Origin: Candidatus Zambryskiibacteriota bacterium
GTDB lineage: Bacteria; Patescibacteriota; Minisyncoccia; Phycocordibacterales; WO2-35-19
Direction: 5' to 3'
Assembly (NCBI GenBank): GCA_048499675.1
Contig: JASNZL010000004.1
Coordinates: forward strand, 28,463 to 92,462
DNA length: 64,000 bases
The stretch's first letter is position 1. Each line of letters starts with the position of its first letter. The notes under the pieces are model-generated. The model was not told the origin of the DNA and searched no databases. It saw only the letters and a program-made list of their open reading frames with translations. The translations under genes and the position numbers were made by a program. Shown here one piece after another: positions 60,419-64,000 of this stretch.

Positions 60419-61637
60419 ATGCTATTAAATTTATTCAAAAAATTAAAAAATTATAGGAAAGATCAAAAAAATATTTTTTTTACTATTCTTCTAATTCCTA
60501 TTATTGGTATATTTTTGTCATTTACCAACACTTCTTATTCGCAATCCATAGACGTAATTAAGACAAACATAGACTCCCTCATGGTGACAAAATAAGGCAA
60601 CTAGAAGAAGAAGAAATCAGATAAAAAAGACCGAAACTAATATCCAAAAAACAAACGAAACCATAAGTAGTTTGGGTCTTCAAATTGGTGACACTGAAGT
60701 AAAGATAAGCGCTAATTCAGATGCCATAGCAAAAGCCCTAAACAGTATGCGCCAGCGAGACGATGTTTCTATGATCGAAACCCTTTTGACTAATAAAAGC
60801 ATTTCTGAATTTTTGAATGAATACGAATCAGTAAGTCAATTTCAACAAAAAGTTAGAGAACAATCCAAAGAGCTTTCTTATTATAAAGAGGAACTGGGAA
60901 CCAAAAAAACTGATACAGAAAAAGAAAAGAGCAAATTAATTGCACTGAAGAGTCAATTGAGTGACCAAAATAAAATACTTGAAATAAGCCGAAAAGAACA
61001 AGCAGATTTACTCAAAGCTACACAAAACAAAGAATCAGAGTACCGAAACTTGCTTGCGAGCAAACAAGCAGAAAAAGAAAGGTTTGAGAAAGAACTTTTT
61101 GAATTTGAATCTGCGCTCAAAAGAGCGGTTGACCCCGGAAGCTATCCTTCGCCAAGAAAAGGTATTTTGTCATGGCCATTAGACAATATATTTATTACCC
61201 AACCTTTTGGGAAAACAGTTGACTCCAAGAGACTCTACGTATCAGGAACGCACAATGGAGTCGATTTTAGAGCAAGTAGAGGTACAAGAGTTATGTCAGT
61301 CTTGGATGGTATTGTAGAAGGTACCGGAAATACTGATGAACAAATAGGGTGTTACTCGTATGGTAAATGGGTCCTAATAAAGCACCCGAACGGCCTCACA
61401 AGTTTATACGCTCACCTCGACCTAATAAAAGTAAGTGCTGGAGAGAGGGTTTCGACTGGAGATATCATAGGATATAGTGGTCAGACCGGTTATTCCACTG
61501 GACCACACCTACACTTGACATTGCTTGCAAGTCAGGGTGTAGAGATACAAAGATATTCCTCCAGCAGAAACTGTAAAAATGTGAGTATTCCAATTGCAGA
61601 TACTAAATCATATTTAGATCCTATGCTATACTTCTAA
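60419..61637 (+). pseudogene. Coiled-coil + M23 peptidase (EnvC-like); 5' part frameshifted
   Basis: HNGVDF, YAHL and STGPHLH in 60672-61637; signal peptide and coil lie in other frames at 60470-60620. Confidence 0.75.
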
Positions 61638-61672
61638 TTTGCAAAATTTTTAAATAAATTATAATTATTTAT

Positions 61673-61951
61673 ATGCCATTCAAAAAAAGTAAATTTAGAA
61701 GGGGAGCCGGTTTTATCCAAATTACTCTCATAATCGTGGGAGCTCTGGTTATATTGAAGTATGCCTATGATATAGATATCGTCGGATACTTAACCACAGG
61801 CAAATTTAGAGAGTATCTTGATAAGTTTTACTTTTTAGGATTGAAGGGCTGGAACAACTACAGCGACACAATAATCAATGTATGGAACATGACAGTCGAT
61901 TTTGTGAAAAATCTACTATCAAAGAGAACGGGAGAGAGTGTGGAAATATAA
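61673..61951 (+). CDS. Small membrane protein with prepilin-like N-terminus
   Basis: Basic leader, GF, then a hydrophobic helix. Confidence 0.6.
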   Translation: MPFKKSKFRRGAGFIQITLIIVGALVILKYAYDIDIVGYLTTGKFREYLDKFYFLGLKGWNNYSDTIINVWNMTVDFVKNLLSKRTGESVEI

Positions 61952-62371
61952 ACCAATATATAAATATAATTAGTGCCTAAAACAAAAAAATATTAAGAGG
62001 GAAGAGTTATAGGTTTGTGCTAAAGGTTTATTTAAGCCTTATTTTTATATGATTTAATGTGACAAAAGATATATTGTGGGACATTACTAATCTTTCTACA
62101 TAGAGTTATCCACAGGTACATAAAATGGATTGAATAATTTTTAATTAACCACTTCCCTCGGACTAAGTCTTCCTCAAAATATTTTAGTGATTATTTTTAT
62201 TTTATTTATTAAATCAGAATTAAATTTTGGAGAGAGTAGGGCTCCACGAAGAAAGTCTCTGAGATTATAAGAATCTCAAATATCTAAACTAGAATTTTGT
62301 TTCTTATTACTTCCCCACTCGAGCGTACTCTCAATTGATTGGCATACTTGAAAGTAATAGTATTTTTTGCA

Positions 62372-62405
62372 AACAAAAATTCCGCAGTAAGGCGGAATTT
62401 TTGTT
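62372..62405. terminator. Bidirectional terminator
   Basis: AACAAAAATTCCGC / GCGGAATTTTTGTT. Confidence 0.8.
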
Positions 62406-62410
62406 AAGTA

Positions 62411-63016
62411 TTATTTCATTGCTAATTCTTTGTATTCAGAATAAGCAACTGATTTTGACCAACATGGTGAAGATGATATCCAAGGCTGTACTCCTGATTT
62501 CTCATAGATGTACCTTGCATAAGCTGTATTGCCTTCGATAGTTAATATGTCATAACCAAGTTTTTTTGAGTCTTCCAAATGGTAGAACTCATTTACCTGC
62601 ATAACACCTCTATCAAGACTATTTACTTCTCCTCTTAAGACTTCGCCATTTTCGTCGTGCTGACGAAATCTAGATTCACACCAAGCAATCTCAACCATTA
62701 TAGGTATGTCTGAAAAATAATTTCTAACATACTCCTCAACTGTAATACTTCTTTCTACCTGTGTTTTCTTATCTTCTTTAGGTAGTGTTTCTTTTACTTC
62801 TATTCTTTCCGGCTGAATTAAGGGAACAACATTATTCTTTGTTCCAAATCCGGTAAAGCTAGATGCTATCATTAGCATCCCCACAGCAGTAGTTTGAAAA
62901 ATAAGCCAATTGTTTAATTTTAATCTCGGTATAATAACTATTTTTATCTCCCCTATTTTATTAGTAGAAGAATAGTTATAACCAAGGAATCCGAAGTGAA
63001 AGTAATTCATAAACAC
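62411..63016 (-). CDS. Secreted lysozyme-like / lytic transglycosylase-like protein (true start probably downstream of 63016)
   Basis: IAWCES...GVMQVN...N..YA..IY...G..PW motif pattern; minus-strand promoter TTGACG-17-TATACT near 63157-63129. Confidence 0.75.
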   Translation of the reverse strand: MFMNYFHFGFLGYNYSSTNKIGEIKIVIIPRLKLNNWLIFQTTAVGMLMIASSFTGFGTKNNVVPLIQPERIEVKETLPKEDKKTQVERSITVEEYVRNYFSDIPIMVEIAWCESRFRQHDENGEVLRGEVNSLDRGVMQVNEFYHLEDSKKLGYDILTIEGNTAYARYIYEKSGVQPWISSSPCWSKSVAYSEYKELAMK

Positions 63017-63189
63017 GAACCTAAGTTTTTAGTTTATGCTTTACACTCTAGACTCTAGGTTTTAGGCCATATAATGACCTATCCCCTTTTAAACGCAAAA
63101 TCCAGCTATATACTGGACTCTTATACAAGTATAGCATACTTTAGACTTGCCGTCAAGCCCAAAATATGGTCAAATAATAACGGCCATTG

Positions 63190-63535
63190 ATACGAAAGAC
63201 ATACGAAATAATACGAAAAGCTACGAAAATTGATATAAATAAAAAAGTTATACAGTACCCATAAATTACTAATTTATAAATACCAAATTACAGTATCCAA
63301 ACTACAAACAATAAACAAATAACAAAATACAAATCCTAAAATGTTTTTTGTGCTTTATTTACTGTGCTTTTTTGTGTTCTGTTTACTGTGTTGTGTATAT
63401 TTATTGTTTTAATTTTCAATCTTTCAACCTTCAATCTATCGTACCTCGTTTCCCCAATTCGTGTCATTCGCCCGCCTGCAACGCCTGAAGCGTAGCACTG
63501 GCGGGCAGGCATACATTCGTGTATTGGTGTCGCAT
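63190..63535. repeat. Mosaic of repeat arms with an inserted GC-rich hairpin
   Basis: ATACGAAA x4, CAAAT arrays, TGTGCTTT arrays; 63407-63533 mirrors 55838-55933; hairpin at 63470-63506. Confidence 0.85.
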
Positions 63536-63536
63536 A

Positions 63537-64000
63537 CTAGAACTCCTTATAATTAGGATCTATAGCAAAGTTTGCAATGATAGTTGTATTTCCATTTATT
63601 GTTGTTGAACACGTCCCCCTTCCGGTACATCCTCCCCCACTCCATCCAGTAAATATTCTTCCTGTCCCTGGTTCGGCAGTCAAATCTACAGATGTACCTT
63701 CATCATACGAAATAGTACAAACAGAACCGCAATTAATATTTGTCTGAGCTGGATTTGAAGAACTGGTCACCGTTCCCTGTCCTGATTTAATAACAGTCAA
63801 ACTGTATGTTGGAGTCACAGCACTATTTACAGTCACCACGGCCTGACTGGATTCATTAGGTACTCCGGACTTAGAACAAGTGATTGTGTAGGTATAGGTT
63901 CCGGCGGTTAGGCCTGTTCTAGATTCAGTACCACCAGTTGCTGACTTTGTGCCAGACCAACTACCAGAGGCAGTACATGATGTTGGACTACCAGTTGTTG
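63537..64000 (-). CDS. C-terminus of a large surface protein with Ig-like / InlB-B-repeat-like domains (5' end outside window)
   Basis: Frame is open to the window end: SCTASGSWSG...YTYTITCS, GTVTS...INCGSVC...FTGWSGGGC. Confidence 0.8.
   Translation of the reverse strand, partial: TTGSPTSCTASGSWSGTKSATGGTESRTGLTAGTYTYTITCSKSGVPNESSQAVVTVNSAVTPTYSLTVIKSGQGTVTSSSNPAQTNINCGSVCTISYDEGTSVDLTAEPGTGRIFTGWSGGGCTGRGTCSTTINGNTTIIANFAIDPNYKEF

Noticed and set aside
1-64000. tRNA, rRNA, tmRNA or RNase P genes; prophage; alternative genetic code
   Set aside because: No cloverleaf or rRNA signatures or phage genes seen; long genes translate intact with code 11 and use TGG for Trp

Overview
AT-rich, code-11 bacterial chromosome segment that looks like Patescibacteria/CPR (Parcubacteria-like). 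Supporting signs are a short GAD-less AspRS, a Lys-rich RpoD N-terminus, a fragmented dcw cluster and mostly leaderless genes. Housekeeping content: a pyk / D-2-hydroxyacid dehydrogenase / ppsA / glycerate kinase block, an ECF sigma locus, rpsP-khpA-trmD, rpoB-rpoC-dnaG-rpoD, a UvrD-nuclease, hisS, uvrC, trpS, T-box-aspS, scpAB, mraY-ftsW-murG and gltX. There is one degraded IS30-family element. The most striking unexplained structure is a window-wide system of degenerate 7-9-nt tandem-repeat 'arms' in several sequence families. One orientation usually follows stop codons and the complementary orientation usually precedes start codons. Arms form inverted pairs that enclose whole genes: a four-helix-bundle/IVP gene, scpA, murG, mraY and a 6.2-kb island. 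Two arrays have entered a coding sequence in frame. The island has no integrase and is bounded by a perfect 30-bp duplication of the mraY start. It encodes one rifampin-phosphotransferase-like dikinase, two 'headless' phospho-His swivel proteins and a histidine phosphatase. All alignments and counts were made by eye; no database searches were run.
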